A DNA stretch of 64,000 nucleotides, from NCBI GenBank assembly GCA_052035095.1, contig JBPOHW010000007.1, positions 65,705 to 129,704 on the forward strand, given 5' to 3'. This DNA comes from Candidatus Moraniibacteriota bacterium (GTDB lineage Bacteria; Patescibacteriota; Minisyncoccia; Moranbacterales; UBA1568). Both the position numbers and the translations under genes were made by a program. The notes under the pieces are model-generated. The model ran no database searches. It saw only the letters and a program-made list of their open reading frames with translations, and had not been told where the DNA came from. This document shows, piece after piece, positions 61,222 through 64,000 of the stretch (position 1 is its first letter; every line of letters begins with the position of its first letter).

Positions 61222-61306
61222 AAGAGATGTCTAAAAACGTTCAATTTTTCGGTTTTATGAAACTTGTTGGATACGCTCTAAGGTAAGGAGTGGAAAATTT
61301 TGATAT

Positions 61307-62761
61307 CTAGGAGCCCATTGGAGCAATGGGGAATTCAGCTTCATCTGATTTTCGAGCGAGGAGCGAGGCAATTTCATCGGTTCCGATGGAGCCGGTCAGG
61401 GAGAGAAAGGCGATATAGATGAGCGCGCCGCCCACAAGGAGTATCGGGAAGGAGAGGAAAGAAAACGAGAACAGGAACAATCCCATGGCGCCTGTCGAGA
61501 AGAGGATGCCGGGAATGCCTTTGAAGGATGGGGAGTAGTGAAGAAATCTGAAAGCGAGAAAAGCGGTCGCGATCGCGACAAAGCCTTCGGTCAAGAGCGA
61601 GACGCTCGCCGCGCCCGCGAAGGAGTAGCGCGGAATGAGGAGGAGGTTGAGCGTGATGTTGACGATGGCGATAGAGGCGAGTACAGCGAGAAGACGCTTC
61701 TGAAGATTGCCGGCAATCAGAATCGCATTAAAAAAATTGCCAAAAAATATGGCGGCGAGAGAAAAAATGAGAATGCGCAGTGGCATCGCCGCCCTCTGAA
61801 ATTCCGGACCGCCGATAAGGAGGACGAGTGACTCGGCAAGGAAGAATCCACCGACGGCGAGCGGCGCCGCGAAGACGGCGAAGACCTTGAAGGTTTTGTC
61901 GGCGACGAGACGAAATTTCTCCGGCTCGTGGAAGATATAGCGGGAGAAAAGCGGAAGGACGAGCCCGGCGATCATAGCCGGGAAGAACGTGAGATTTTCG
62001 ATGATTTTATAGGCGGCATTGTAGATGCCGACTTCCGCGCTTCCTTGGAGTACCGAGAGAAGGATAGTGTCCATCTTGAAGTACGCGAACGAGACGATGG
62101 AAATAAGGCCGATCGGGAGGGAGGCACGGAGGAAAGTTTTCCAAAACGGGATATCGAAAGAGAGTCGAAAGCGAAGGAATCGCCGGCTTATAACCAGAAG
62201 AATGCCGGCATTGAAGACCATATAGGCGAGAAGCGCGATGATAATGGCGCCGAAGCCCCAATCAAAAGAGACGGCGGCAATGATGAGTCCCAATTGGAGG
62301 CACTTGCCGAGAAGTTCGACGGTTGCCACCCAAAACATCGCCAGGCGCTTTTGGAAAAGACCATTTAAAACGCCGGAAGAGGAGGCAAAGACGAAGGCCG
62401 CCGCCGCGACAATGATGCCGAAACGCAATTCGGGCGTATAAGGTAAAAAGGGAACGGCGATGAGCGCGAGCGCGAACACGATCGAAGAGCTCGCGATGCG
62501 GAGCGCGAACACTTTTCCGACGAGAGTCTCTTCCGGCGCGTCCTTGCGGGAGATTTCTCGGGTAAGGAGCGAGGCGAGTCCCAAATCCGCGAGCGCGCCA
62601 AAAAGTCCGAAAAAAGCGAGGACGGTCGCGTAATTGCCAAACCCCTCGGTTCCAAGATAACGCGTGATAAAGCCGATCGCGACGAGCGCCAACACCGTCG
62701 AGAGAATTTTCGCGACGGAATTGAAAACAACATTGTACGCGATGCGTCGTGCGAGGGGCAT
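61307..62761 (-). CDS. polysaccharide biosynthesis flippase (Wzx/MOP superfamily)
   Basis: 484 aa, 12-14 TM, N-terminal ..RRIAYNVVFNSVAKILS.. typical of Wzx. Confidence 0.8.
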   Translation of the reverse strand: MPLARRIAYNVVFNSVAKILSTVLALVAIGFITRYLGTEGFGNYATVLAFFGLFGALADLGLASLLTREISRKDAPEETLVGKVFALRIASSSIVFALALIAVPFLPYTPELRFGIIVAAAAFVFASSSGVLNGLFQKRLAMFWVATVELLGKCLQLGLIIAAVSFDWGFGAIIIALLAYMVFNAGILLVISRRFLRFRLSFDIPFWKTFLRASLPIGLISIVSFAYFKMDTILLSVLQGSAEVGIYNAAYKIIENLTFFPAMIAGLVLPLFSRYIFHEPEKFRLVADKTFKVFAVFAAPLAVGGFFLAESLVLLIGGPEFQRAAMPLRILIFSLAAIFFGNFFNAILIAGNLQKRLLAVLASIAIVNITLNLLLIPRYSFAGAASVSLLTEGFVAIATAFLAFRFLHYSPSFKGIPGILFSTGAMGLFLFSFSFLSFPILLVGGALIYIAFLSLTGSIGTDEIASLLARKSDEAEFPIAPMGS

Positions 62762-62852
62762 GAGAAGGGGTGGAATAAAGAATAGGGAATAAAGAATAGG
62801 GCGAGAATTGCGGAAATGGACGCCTAATTCATAATTCCTTATTCCGAATTCT

Positions 62853-63329
62853 CTATAAATCGCTTTTCGGTTTCACGATGATTTTTCGGTTTTCGCCCAT
62901 ACCCGAACTTTCGGTGACGACCGTTTCGGACTCGGCGAGCGCGAGGTGGACACACTTGCGTTCAAAAGGCGTCATGGGACGAAGGAAAACCGCTCCCTTG
63001 TCTCGCGCCGCTTTCGTTTCGGCGTCTTTGGCTTCCGCGGAAAGCGCCCGTGCTTTTTCTGTCCAGTAGTGATTGACGTCGATTGAAAAATTCGCCCACC
63101 CGTCACAGGCTCGTCGAGCTATGAGGCGAGCAAGCGCTTGGAGCGCCTCTAAATTGAGACCGCGCTGGCCAATCAAAAGATTCGATCCTTCGGTAACGTG
63201 TATATGACACACGAAATCTCCCTGGATGGGGAGAACCGGCGATTCCACCGTGACTTCGGCGGGAATCGTCATTTTTTCAAGAAGCGCGCGCACGATACCG
63301 GCGACGACTTCGGCTTTGTCATGATCCAT
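62853..63329 (-). CDS. jag: Jag/KhpB-like KH + R3H domain RNA-binding protein
   Basis: 158 aa; KH-like and C-terminal R3H segment (..FLRPMTPFERKCVHLALAE..); located next to yidC as in rnpA-yidD-yidC-jag operons. Confidence 0.7.
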   Translation of the reverse strand: MDHDKAEVVAGIVRALLEKMTIPAEVTVESPVLPIQGDFVCHIHVTEGSNLLIGQRGLNLEALQALARLIARRACDGWANFSIDVNHYWTEKARALSAEAKDAETKAARDKGAVFLRPMTPFERKCVHLALAESETVVTESSGMGENRKIIVKPKSDL

Positions 63330-63613
63330 ACGGTTTTTTCATTGGGTTAGAGGTCGGCGGGGTGCGCCGAAATCCTCCCCTCCTTCTTCCGAGAATATCA
63401 CCGTTTCGCCCCAATGAAAAGAGCCCGACGCGTTTTGCCCCGGGCTCTTTCGAGTGTGAAAAATTTTTTGAAATAAAATGGGAGTTGCCAAGATTGCAAA
63501 AATGAATTTTTCTCACACGTTTCGCGAATGCTGATCCGACGTTTCGTCCCGCCAAGGCGGGATTGCAATCTTGGCGTGCGTTGAAAATAAACTTTTGTTT
63601 TTGTTGGCTCTAT

Positions 63614-64000
63614 TTATGCCGGAAGAGGGTGTGTGCCCGCGAGCTTTTGTTTCTTGAGGAGGTGCCACTGCTGGGCGATCATAAAGAGAGTGGAAGCGAG
63701 CCAGTAGAGCGCGAGGCCCGAGGGGAAGGTCATTCCGAAGAAGAGGGTGAGCGCGGGACCGATATAGAGCATTTGTTTCATCATGATTTCATTGAAATCC
63801 GGAGCGTCCTTCTCGGTTTTTGCCGGACTCTGTATCGTGGTGGCTGATTTTTTGTCGAGCGTCTTCTTACTCTCCATAATCATTTTCATCTGATAGTACT
63901 GCGCGAGCGCCGTCATAATCGCGAGGAGCGCGCTCGGCTTGGAGAGATCGAGAAGACCGAGGAATAGTCGACCGATTTGTCCCGGGTTTGAAACAAAGGT
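63614..64000 (-). CDS. yidC: membrane protein insertase YidC (C-terminal part; gene continues beyond window edge)
   Basis: C-terminal YidC signature ..PSGLALYWLASTLFMIAQQ..; ORF open to the window end. Confidence 0.75.
   Translation of the reverse strand, partial: TFVSNPGQIGRLFLGLLDLSKPSALLAIMTALAQYYQMKMIMESKKTLDKKSATTIQSPAKTEKDAPDFNEIMMKQMLYIGPALTLFFGMTFPSGLALYWLASTLFMIAQQWHLLKKQKLAGTHPLPA

Overview
This 64-kb window looks like an origin-proximal chromosomal segment of a small-genome bacterium, probably of the Candidate Phyla Radiation (Patescibacteria) type. It uses the standard genetic code and is roughly 50-55% GC, with one sharply AT-rich island.

Housekeeping genes:
- Translation and RNA processing: rpsA, rplS, rpsO, pnp, rbfA, rsmA and tilS.
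- DNA metabolism: gyrA, pcrA, a XerC/D-family recombinase, a family-4 uracil-DNA glycosylase and a comM/yifB-like ATPase.
- Envelope and membrane: ftsH, lspA, a LysM+CHAP hydrolase, a G5+RlpA-like protein, and jag plus a partial yidC at the 3' edge.

RNA genes:
- Ten tRNA genes: Val-GAC, Ala-GGC, Arg-CCU, Leu-UAA, Cys-GCA, an unusual GCU tRNA, CAU, Phe-GAA, Val-UAC and Leu-GAG.
- A truncated tRNA-Leu 3' fragment carrying a 40-nt double-hairpin insertion.

Most interesting observations:
1. parS centromere array: a 2.6-kb ORF-free AT-rich island (about 9900-12560) holds 15 or more copies of the canonical ParB-binding palindrome TGTTnCACGTGnAACA, including a perfect TGTTTCACGTGAAACA at 10612-10627. 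A perfect DnaA box lies at 12570-12578.
2. Type IV secretion-like cluster (42983-49571): a VirB6/TrbL-like polytopic protein, a PrgI/VirB3-like protein and a VirB4 ATPase split into two ORFs, followed by large secreted or membrane proteins. The first three genes are bracketed by two copies of a ~150-bp MITE-like element.
3. A second MITE-like family has copies directly upstream of comM and rsmA.
4. An IS30-family element sits between rpsO and pnp.
5. purD is flanked by 26-bp direct repeats next to the tRNA-Leu gene and its duplicated 3' end.
6. A surface-polysaccharide locus (two O-antigen-ligase-like genes, two overlapping GT2 genes, a Wzx flippase) carries a 28-bp palindrome inserted twice in frame.
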